Position numbers and translations under genes: made by a program
Source of the DNA: a virus
Taxonomy: Duplodnaviria > Caudoviricetes
Virus record (IMG/VR): IMGVR_UViG_3300032250_000458
Coordinates: 1-26,753 of that record
DNA length: 26,753 nt
Strand: one strand, 5' to 3'
Part shown: piece by piece, positions 9,422 to 16,242 of the stretch
Position numbering within the stretch: the first letter of the stretch is position 1
How the letters are laid out: each line of letters begins with the position of its first letter
The notes under the pieces: generated by a model
What the model saw: the letters and a program-made list of their open reading frames with translations, nothing else
The model's database searches: none
What the model was told of the DNA's origin: nothing

Positions 9422-9920
9422 TCGATTCCCTTTGCATGGTGTGCATCGGGTTCAACGCGTCACGCGGTACCCAATGCTCGGGCTGGTTGTAATAGGTTTG
9501 CAGGAACTCATCTTGCCGCGCCTCGTGGCCCCACATCCACCCGGCAAGCCTCACCTGGCCGTAGCTCTTGGTGAGGCTTGTGATGGCCAGCACATAGCGC
9601 CTATCTCCGTGATCGCGTGGACGCACCACCAATTGCCCGTTCATCCAGCCGGTGGAACGCACCTCAATGTCCGGCTCAACATCCACCGCGCCCTTCACAT
9701 ACTGCACAGATGGTTCATAGCCGCGCACGCCAAACCACTTGGCTACCGCTAGTTCCCCAGCAGCGCCGCCGAACTCGTGTTGCTCTCGCTCGGTGAAAAT
9801 CCGATCCATGATGCACGCGTGGTTCAGCCCGTTCGCTGCACCAAACGCCATGCGCGCCTCGGCCACGCGCTCGCATAGTTCGATTTCCGCGTCGGTAAGT
9901 TCCACCGTAACCATCGGCAT
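9408..9920 (-). CDS. Hypothetical protein, possible restriction-endonuclease-like fold (170 aa)
   Basis: GAAGELAVAK..VDV..IEVRS resembles an E..D..ExK catalytic pattern with K>R. Confidence 0.55.
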   Translation of the reverse strand: MPMVTVELTDAEIELCERVAEARMAFGAANGLNHACIMDRIFTEREQHEFGGAAGELAVAKWFGVRGYEPSVQYVKGAVDVEPDIEVRSTGWMNGQLVVRPRDHGDRRYVLAITSLTKSYGQVRLAGWMWGHEARQDEFLQTYYNQPEHWVPRDALNPMHTMQRESNGTV

Positions 9921-9968
9921 CCTTGCCGCGGATCGAATCCGCTACAGGTGTTGAGAAGTAACCCCATA

Positions 9969-9999
9969 GCCGGGGCGGCGAGAACTCAACCGCCCCGGC
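9969..9999 (-). promoter_or_regulatory. GC-rich RNA hairpin downstream of the DUF669 gene
   Basis: GCCGGGGCGG-N11-CCGCCCCGGC perfect 10-bp stem; no U-tract, so not called a terminator. Confidence 0.5.
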
Positions 10000-10014
10000 C
10001 TTTCCGGGGGTTCG

Positions 10015-10491
10015 TTAGAAGGGAATCCCATCCGCGCCGGGCTGCACCGCCTTGCGCCCAGGCTTCGCGGCCGTGGCCGTGCTGCGCTGCTGGGTGGGGC
10101 GGATGAAATCGCCCGCCTTGGCCTTTCCATTCTGCGAGTGCCACACGCGCAACAGGATTTCGCGCCCCTCAAGGTTCGCTTCCTCAAACCGCTGGGTGGC
10201 CTTGTCGATGTGCGGAAGAGCGCACGCGTCCAACAGTTCGTTCAGTCGCAGGATGCGCGTGACCGCGACATCTTCGAACACGCGGTAACGCTGGCCGCCG
10301 GTTTCGATGTCGAACCACAGGGAAACCACCAGCCCGCGTGGGTTGTCGGTGGTCTTCATGTTTTCGAATGGGCTTTCGCGGCCTTCCGCCTTGCTGATCG
10401 TGGCGGTGTAGGTGCCCTCGGGGCAGGGGCCGCCTGCGCCGCTCGACTTGCGTGCCTTGTCCTCGCTGCTTCCGTGAATTAGATCGATCAT
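10015..10491 (-). CDS. DUF669-like single-stranded DNA-binding protein (158 aa)
   Basis: PCPEGTYTATISKAE N-terminal motif and SSB-type C-terminus ADGIPF; follows the annealase gene. Confidence 0.75.
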   Translation of the reverse strand: MIDLIHGSSEDKARKSSGAGGPCPEGTYTATISKAEGRESPFENMKTTDNPRGLVVSLWFDIETGGQRYRVFEDVAVTRILRLNELLDACALPHIDKATQRFEEANLEGREILLRVWHSQNGKAKAGDFIRPTQQRSTATAAKPGRKAVQPGADGIPF

Positions 10492-11291
10492 TCCGAACCT
10501 TTCTCCAGGCGCTCGGCCTGCTGTTGAAGTGCCTTCAAAATCAACCCATCCACCTCGGATGGGTCAGTTCCCGCGTCAACGGTCTTTCTTGCCGCGGTCA
10601 CCGCCTGCTTTGCGCTCCATCGGATGCCAACCGATTTGGCTTTCTCGGCGATGGATTCGGCGAGCTGCTGGATGCGATCCGGCGCGCTCGGCGGCGGTGG
10701 CTGCTCCACCACCACCGCCGGTGCGCTGGGGAGCGATACCGTCGTTCGCTCCGCGGATTGGCTCACACGGGCATTCAGCGCCGCCAGCGCGCTATCTGCC
10801 TCCACCACGGTGGTGGCTTCGGCTAGTTCCTCATCGCCCTCGGTGGCACCGCTGAACCCGAAAGCGGCCTTCAGGCAATGCGCCTCTGCGCGGGTGCGGA
10901 GCATGTGCAGCGGCTGGGTGCGCCAGTTGGGGCTTGATCCCTTGAACTCCGAAAGCCAACAGGTGAACTCAAACTCCCCGCCTTCCGTGGTGGTCACCTT
11001 GAAGGTGCAGGAATCAACACTTCCGCTTGCATCTCTGTGATAAATACACACGCCGGAGTGGTAGCGACCCGATTCACGGGCCAGCCTGCGCCATCCGTCG
11101 ATGGAGACATACAGGCACAGGCGGCCGCCGAACGCCAGCGGGTACACCTCGCGCCGGAGCGGATCAAGCCCGTAGGTCTTCATCATCGCGGCCAGCGCCA
11201 TTCGATCCACCTGGCTTGCGTTGCGGGGCATGACCTGTTCGATGACGCGTTCGATGTGCGCCGCGTTGGGAACGGTTGCTAGGTCACTCAT
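10488..11291 (-). CDS. recT: RecT/Bet-family ssDNA annealing recombinase (267 aa)
   Basis: YGLDPLRREVY..VSIDGWRRLA..WRTQPLHMLRTRAEAHCLKAAFG. Confidence 0.88.
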   Translation of the reverse strand: MSDLATVPNAAHIERVIEQVMPRNASQVDRMALAAMMKTYGLDPLRREVYPLAFGGRLCLYVSIDGWRRLARESGRYHSGVCIYHRDASGSVDSCTFKVTTTEGGEFEFTCWLSEFKGSSPNWRTQPLHMLRTRAEAHCLKAAFGFSGATEGDEELAEATTVVEADSALAALNARVSQSAERTTVSLPSAPAVVVEQPPPPSAPDRIQQLAESIAEKAKSVGIRWSAKQAVTAARKTVDAGTDPSEVDGLILKALQQQAERLEKGSE

Positions 11292-12130
11292 CGTGCAAGC
11301 CCTTCCTCAAGTTGGCGGCGCGCCCAATTCGCAAGTCCGATGCGTTCGATGCGATCCGGGTAGCCGGGCCATGTCTCGGTTTCGTGGCACACCTTGTAAT
11401 CCGCGATCAGCCGCCGCATGTCCGCTTCGAAGTAGTCCATGTCGGAATCGTCCATGGCGTAAACAGCCACGCCGTGAGGCGCGGTGTTCTCCACGCACAG
11501 GAACGCGAAGCCACTCACATTGAGCCCGGCGATGCGCGCCACGCGTCGATAAAACGCGGCCTGCAACCCGTAGCCAAGGTTCCAAAGCGCAGACTTGAAC
11601 CCGGGGTATGACGCGTCGCGGCAGGTCTTCAGGTCGATCACCCAGCCGGTGGCGGGGTCATACCCATCCAGCCGCGCCTTCAACTGCGTTCCTGTGTGCG
11701 GGTCTTCCGCAAACACGGAAAGTTCACGCTGGGTAGCCATCTCCAGCATGGCGCGGCAAGAGTTCGACGCGTGAACCGCGGCAACCATGCCCGCCACCGC
11801 CTCGCCCTGGCTGGCATCAAGGATCAACTTGTGCCCGTTCAGGACTTCGAACGCGCGGAACTCAGCCTTGCCTGCGGTGGTGCGCTTGTCGCACTTCGGC
11901 GCTACCGCCACTTCCGCCGTGTACATGTCCGGGGTGAGAATCGCCGTATGCACAGCGGTGCCCATGTTCATCGCGTCATTGCTCTCGCCATTCTCCATTT
12001 GGTAGCGAGCGTGCAGCGGTGACTTGGCAAGCATCGCCTTCATAAAGGTGGAGGACAGGGCGGGCACCGCGTGGTAGTCCGCGGCGGGGATGTGTTCACG
12101 AACGCCAAGGGCGAAGGTGTTAGCGGCCAC
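11288..12130 (-). CDS. RecE/Exo VIII-like PD-(D/E)XK exonuclease (DUF3799-like; 280 aa)
   Basis: DYHA..LSST..GTAVHTAIL..ELSVF..KARLD..IDLKT..YGLQAAFY; GTG start behind GAGGAGG; paired with recT. Confidence 0.88.
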   Translation of the reverse strand: MAANTFALGVREHIPAADYHAVPALSSTFMKAMLAKSPLHARYQMENGESNDAMNMGTAVHTAILTPDMYTAEVAVAPKCDKRTTAGKAEFRAFEVLNGHKLILDASQGEAVAGMVAAVHASNSCRAMLEMATQRELSVFAEDPHTGTQLKARLDGYDPATGWVIDLKTCRDASYPGFKSALWNLGYGLQAAFYRRVARIAGLNVSGFAFLCVENTAPHGVAVYAMDDSDMDYFEADMRRLIADYKVCHETETWPGYPDRIERIGLANWARRQLEEGLAR

Positions 12131-12269
12131 AGCGCACCTCCTCGGCAATTGCCAACAAATCACGCTCGCGCTTGATCGCCTCGCGCAGCTTCGCAAGCGC
12201 CTTCTGCTCGTGGTACCAAACGGTCTTGGGATCGCAGCCCAGCACCTTTGCAACTTCAACAAGAGTCAT
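12120..12269 (-). CDS. Stand-alone sigma70 region 4-like HTH mini-protein (49 aa)
   Basis: Below the ORF-track cut-off; hand translation MTLVEVAKVLGCDPKTVWYHEQKALAKLREAIKRERDLLAIAEEVRCGR; GGAGG RBS and ATGA coupling; fits the TLxEIAxxLG...ExxALxKLR pattern. Confidence 0.75.
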   Translation of the reverse strand: MTLVEVAKVLGCDPKTVWYHEQKALAKLREAIKRERDLLAIAEEVRCGR

Positions 12270-12625
12270 CGGCCACCTCCCGCCAGCGAACGAATGACGC
12301 GAACTCCGCGCGTGAGAAGCGGTACCTCGGGTGCGGGCTCAACCTCATCTTCGGAAATGTCTCGGCGGTAATCACCCTGGCCCAGCGACAAGAGCGGCGC
12401 GCAATCCTTCCGGCGCTCCTGCTGCATCACGCTGTGCGCGGCCGCAAGGATGGCCACCGGGTGGATAGGGGTGGGGAACCCGTCAAGTTCCTTCGTGAGC
12501 GCGTACAGCTTGTGCATGGACACAAGGCGCACCCACTCCGCATCCTGCGAACATCCCCCAGCGTTCAGGCTTTGAATTGCTAGCCCGATGTCCTCAACGA
12601 TCTTCCCGTAGCGATTGCGATCCAT
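12266..12625 (-). CDS. Hypothetical protein, first early gene after attP (119 aa)
   Basis: AGGAG RBS; overlaps the int 3' end; coupled to the HTH mini-gene. Confidence 0.7.
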   Translation of the reverse strand: MDRNRYGKIVEDIGLAIQSLNAGGCSQDAEWVRLVSMHKLYALTKELDGFPTPIHPVAILAAAHSVMQQERRKDCAPLLSLGQGDYRRDISEDEVEPAPEVPLLTRGVRVIRSLAGGGR

Positions 12626-13889
12626 GCGATGGCTCCTGCTGCGTTAGCAGCATTTGCGCCTCGTGCATCAGCACCAATGCTTCCTTTAGGAAAGCGTGGT
12701 CTGTTAGCAATGAGGCTGCGGCTAAAAGCCGCCCCGCACGGGTGGGTAGGCTCACAGTTTCGAATCCTGTAGCGCCTACTGCAACTGTGTTGATGGAGCG
12801 ACCGCGAACACATCGAAGACTAGCGCGCGTGGTGGATTCAACGGCCGTAGGCGCGATGCGCGCGCTAGTCGCCGAAGTGTTCGCAGGGATAGTTGCACCG
12901 TTGGCCATTGCTGAATCCGTGCGTAACCTATCGACCGCACTAGTTTTCATGGGACAGTTTTTAGATATTTTTCCGCCGCGGCTCTCGGCAGCCTCGCGTA
13001 GCCGGGGTTCCCGGTGCCGGATGTAACGGTGCGTCTGCGATATATCCCGGTGGCGCACAAGGCGTTGAATCAGTTCCGGCGGGGTGCCGTTCTCAAAGGA
13101 TTCGGTGATGTAGCCGCAGCGGAACGAATGGAATCCGTACCTGCCGGACATCCCCGCGCCCTTCAAATCCGTGGCCAGCCCCTTGTAGGACACGGTGCGG
13201 GCAAACACCTTGGGCCCGGTCTTGGCCTTTCGCATCTCGCGCAGCAGTTCAACCGCCGCATGGGAAAGCGGAATGTGATCCCGGCGGCGCGATTTGTCCA
13301 GGCTCACCACCATTGTCCCGGCCTCTAGGTCAATGTCGCTCCACAACTGCGCGTGGGCTTCGCCTCGCCGGATGCCCGTAAGGGACAGCAGCCGGTACAG
13401 GTTGGCGCGGTTCTTGGCGCTGGCTCGGATGGCGGGGGATGCGCCCTCGGTGATCTGCTCGGTGGCGTGGTCGATTAGCCGCTGCACCTCGGCATCGCTG
13501 AACGCGTCGCGGCCTTGCCCAGCCCGGCCGCGCGGCCCTGGCACATGCGCCCACGGGTTGGATTCAATTAGCCCTTGGATCAGCATCCAGCCCGCAAAGC
13601 GGCGGCAGGCGCTCATGCGGTTCCGGATAGTTTGCGGTGCAAGGGTGCCGCCGCGGGTCATATCCCGCAGCCATTCAATGCAGGAAGCGGGGGAAATCTC
13701 GGCCGCGTGCGCCTTCACATGCTCGAGCCAATCCCGCACCCAGCGCGCAGCCTGGCGCACATGGTATTCGGCTTGCCCGTCAAGCTCGCGGGTAGCCACG
13801 ATCCACGCATCTACCTGCGCAAGTAGGTCTACCCCTGTTTTTACGCTAAAAACGGGGGGGGGGGGTATGCACGAGGTGTCTCCACACAT
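12594..13889 (-). CDS. int: Tyrosine integrase with no arm-binding domain and a ~130-aa C-terminal extension (431 aa)
   Basis: APQTIRNRMSACRRF..SNPW core-binding domain; catalytic TGIRRGE, DKSRR, HSFRCG, VRHRDISQTHRY. Confidence 0.93.
   Translation of the reverse strand: MCGDTSCIPPPPVFSVKTGVDLLAQVDAWIVATRELDGQAEYHVRQAARWVRDWLEHVKAHAAEISPASCIEWLRDMTRGGTLAPQTIRNRMSACRRFAGWMLIQGLIESNPWAHVPGPRGRAGQGRDAFSDAEVQRLIDHATEQITEGASPAIRASAKNRANLYRLLSLTGIRRGEAHAQLWSDIDLEAGTMVVSLDKSRRRDHIPLSHAAVELLREMRKAKTGPKVFARTVSYKGLATDLKGAGMSGRYGFHSFRCGYITESFENGTPPELIQRLVRHRDISQTHRYIRHREPRLREAAESRGGKISKNCPMKTSAVDRLRTDSAMANGATIPANTSATSARIAPTAVESTTRASLRCVRGRSINTVAVGATGFETVSLPTRAGRLLAAASLLTDHAFLKEALVLMHEAQMLLTQQEPSHGSQSLREDR
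12754..12779 (+). mobile_element. attP core: 3' end of a host tRNA (T-loop, T-stem, acceptor strand), probably tRNA-Val
   Basis: ACAGT-TTCGAAT-CCTGT-AGCGCCT-A-C; tRNA-like from the T-loop onward, with one mismatch 5' of the loop and no D or anticodon arm. Confidence 0.8.
13838..13865 (+). repeat. 23-bp dyad motif copy B plus G12 homopolymer in the 5' end of int
   Basis: TTTTT-ACGCT-AAAAA-C-G12 (G at 13854-13865); inverted copy of 4453..4475. Confidence 0.85.
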
Positions 13890-13901
13890 GGCTCCGAGGC
13901 C

Positions 13902-13910
13902 ACGGTATCA
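13902..13910 (-). promoter_or_regulatory. Possible extended -10 promoter for int
   Basis: TG-A-TACCGT about 12 nt upstream of the int ATG; no properly spaced -35. Confidence 0.3.
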
Positions 13911-14062
13911 CCCAAATCAATTTCAAAAGTCACCCGGACTTTCATTCCGTCGAAACCTAGTGCGTTCCGTAACTAGTTTGGGTTATTTGGCAAGTTATGC
14001 ACACCATCATGCATTTGGGGAGTTCAGAAAGGAACCGCACACACATCCCCAGTTCTAGTTAG

Positions 14063-14091
14063 TTGTATCGACCCGTCAAAATCACTATCGT
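14063..14091 (+). promoter_or_regulatory. Sigma70-type promoter for the single plus-strand gene
   Basis: TTGTAT-N17-TATCGT followed by GGAGG (14104-14108) and ATG 14116. Confidence 0.55.
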
Positions 14092-14115
14092 GCGCGCTCA
14101 TCCGGAGGATTCAGC

Positions 14116-14382
14116 ATGGCAACAGTTCAGGAAGATGGCGGGTTGAGCGAAGCGGAGCGGCGCAAGATTTGGGCGGAGGAACGCGAACGCACGCGCGCCA
14201 ACCTTGCCGCCCGCGGCGAAGCAATCGAAGCAATGGAACAGGCTGAACGCTCCGCGTCTTACGCGCGCACGCGAACGATGCTGAAGTGGACTGCGATTGC
14301 CATCGGCTTGCTGGTAACTGGGATGTTGCTGTGGAATGCATACGAACGCTTCGTGCTTCCCCAGCCACGGCACTTCCGCTAG
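14116..14382 (+). CDS. Single-pass membrane protein (88 aa), possible superinfection-exclusion/lysogen-expressed gene
   Basis: Own promoter and GGAGG RBS; charged helical N-terminus, TM segment WTAIAIGLLVTGMLLW; only plus-strand gene, convergent with the late operon. Confidence 0.75.
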   Translation: MATVQEDGGLSEAERRKIWAEERERTRANLAARGEAIEAMEQAERSASYARTRTMLKWTAIAIGLLVTGMLLWNAYERFVLPQPRHFR

Positions 14383-14897
14383 CCCAGCAGCCGCTTGGCT
14401 GTATCCACCACGCTGCTGGCCACGCCGGTGATGGCCTCGGCCACGGTGCCCAGGCTTGCGCCCGTGCCCTCTACGGGCTGCCACTTGCCCAGCGGGCAGG
14501 TTGCCCCGGCTAGGGTCAGTTTCACCGATAGCGCCGCGCGGCGGTTGGAACCGCACCCGCACTTGGTACACCAGCCGATGCCGCCGGGATCGGTAGCGCC
14601 CTCCACCACCTCGGCGCGGCCTTCGCACGCTCGGCAAATAGCCGCGCGCTCACCCTGCACTTGGACGCTGGCGGGGCCTTGGGTGGCGTGCCTGCGCTCC
14701 GCAGCTAGATATGCCGCGGCGCGCGATGCGAAACCGTAGTTGATCGTTTCACCGATGCCCATCGGCCGCTCGCCCTTGACCACGCGGTGCGGGCATTGGC
14801 CGCACACACCGATGCTGGGGCGGCCTCCGTAGTGGCCCGCGGCGCAGCATCCGCCGCCCAACACCTTGCATTCGCTCCAATGGTCGCAGTCGATCAC
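14379..14897 (-). CDS. Cys-rich protein with a DUF6171-like CxxC..CxxCGC..K..CPxxKW module (172 aa, 12 Cys)
   Basis: ERAAICRACE..WCTKCGC..KLTLAGATCPLGKW plus an N-terminal Cys/His cluster; GTGA-coupled. Confidence 0.75.
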   Translation of the reverse strand: MIDCDHWSECKVLGGGCCAAGHYGGRPSIGVCGQCPHRVVKGERPMGIGETINYGFASRAAAYLAAERRHATQGPASVQVQGERAAICRACEGRAEVVEGATDPGGIGWCTKCGCGSNRRAALSVKLTLAGATCPLGKWQPVEGTGASLGTVAEAITGVASSVVDTAKRLLG

Positions 14898-15586
14898 GAT
14901 ACGGAAAACTCCGTCACATACGGGCTAGACCCGCCAGCCTCTAGCGTCCATGATGCTTCGCGCGGATCACATGCTCCAGCTATGGTTGGTTTTTCCCATT
15001 GAGCGTAAAATCCGCCTGGAACTGCACATGTGGCATAGGTGCGATAGTCACACGGGTCGCAAACGATTCCTTCCTGTGTGCAATCTTCGGAAGAACAAAC
15101 GGTGCTTGAGGCAATCTCGATATTGCCCCTGAAACTGCATCTTGAGGATGTTTCAACGGTTGGATGTAGCACAACCGTCGCGTACAAAGAAAAGTCGTAG
15201 TCAACTGTGCAACACGGGCCAGCACCGTAGTTTTGGCACACAGAGTAGGAACTTGCTCCGGAGTAGAACTCTACTGCGTTTGCTATGAAAACTGCGCCAT
15301 CTGTTCGGTATGCAGTTTCGCAAGGGCAAACATTTGCTACCACAGACCCGGATATGGGGTAAAGACCTGTGCTTGTTTCTACACCTTGTGAACAGTTCCC
15401 GGGATTGAGTGGATCAGGGCCGCATGTGTAGGTGCTGCCTCCCGGCCCTGGTGTGATCAATCCACCAAAACACGATGGTGCGCCGCTGATTGTGAACGAA
15501 ACCAGCACGGCTGTTGGCGCGGTAATTGCAACGCAATGAGCGCATGTACACCCACCGCAGCAACAACCCGCCATCATCATCGACAC
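14894..15586 (-). CDS. Cys-rich protein (230 aa, 21 Cys, N-terminal GCCCGGCTCAHC), possible receptor-binding/tail-tip protein
   Basis: Ser/Thr/Gly/Cys-rich beta-type composition; visibly lower GC than flanks; function inferred only. Confidence 0.65.
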   Translation of the reverse strand: MSMMMAGCCCGGCTCAHCVAITAPTAVLVSFTISGAPSCFGGLITPGPGGSTYTCGPDPLNPGNCSQGVETSTGLYPISGSVVANVCPCETAYRTDGAVFIANAVEFYSGASSYSVCQNYGAGPCCTVDYDFSLYATVVLHPTVETSSRCSFRGNIEIASSTVCSSEDCTQEGIVCDPCDYRTYATCAVPGGFYAQWEKPTIAGACDPREASWTLEAGGSSPYVTEFSVS

Positions 15587-15589
15587 GGT

Positions 15590-15727
15590 TTAGCCCTTCG
15601 CGCCGCGAATCCATCCCGCGATGGTGCCCAGCGGAACGATGTGCCCCGCGATGTAGCCGATGGCAAGGCAAGCGAAGGCGGCCCAGGTCGAACCGATCAG
15701 GGATTCAGCGGTGGCAAGGTGGTACAT
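15590..15727 (-). CDS. Small hydrophobic membrane protein (45 aa), holin-like
   Basis: MYHLATAESLIGSTWAAFACLAIGYIAGHIVPLGTIAGWIRGAKG; GAGGA RBS. Confidence 0.6.
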   Translation of the reverse strand: MYHLATAESLIGSTWAAFACLAIGYIAGHIVPLGTIAGWIRGAKG

Positions 15728-16242
15728 GGCTTGGGTTCCTCGGTGCGCTTCCAAGCGGCTTCCCACACGGGATCGCTTGCGCGCTTTGCTGCAATGTATT
15801 CCCGGATCGTCGCGGGGTTGGAAGTTTCCATTACATCGCGGGCCAATGCTGCATCTCGCAGGCTCGGCCGCGGAATCCAACCCAGCGCCACGCGTATGGC
15901 TGCGCCTATTCCCGTCTGCCACAGGATGGCCGCCACGGCCACGAGGGCGGCCGCTGCTGCGATGTAACCAAGTAGCACCGCCCACCATGGAGTCTGATCC
16001 TCCACGCCCGGTAGCGCCTTGTGGATGGCTCCTGCGGCCGCTTCGATGTGCTGGGCTTCAACCACGATGGCGGCCGCATCGGCCACCACCTCGGTTTGGG
16101 TAGACACGCTCCCAATGTGCGTTGCCAGCCTGGCGATGGTTCCGGCACGCTCACCAGCCTCGGTAGCCGAAACCGCAATGGCCCGGCTAGGGCTGCACGC
16201 GGCGCAGGCGATCAGCAGCAGGAAGACCAAACAGCGGATCAC
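15697..16242 (-). CDS. Lipoprotein with internal TM helix, unimolecular-spanin-like (181 aa)
   Basis: MIRCLVFLLLIACAAC lipobox; Ala-rich helical segment; TM WWAVLLGYIAAAAALVAVAAILW. Confidence 0.6.
   Translation of the reverse strand: MIRCLVFLLLIACAACSPSRAIAVSATEAGERAGTIARLATHIGSVSTQTEVVADAAAIVVEAQHIEAAAGAIHKALPGVEDQTPWWAVLLGYIAAAAALVAVAAILWQTGIGAAIRVALGWIPRPSLRDAALARDVMETSNPATIREYIAAKRASDPVWEAAWKRTEEPKPCTTLPPLNP

Noticed and set aside
12700-12780. Complete tRNA gene
   Set aside because: Only the T-arm and 3' acceptor strand are present; no D arm, anticodon arm or 5' acceptor strand, so it is called attP
13294-14058. Plus-strand 254-aa ORF (or its 63-aa tail from 13868) as a hidden repressor
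   Set aside because: Mostly antisense to int, no RBS, no HTH-like pattern
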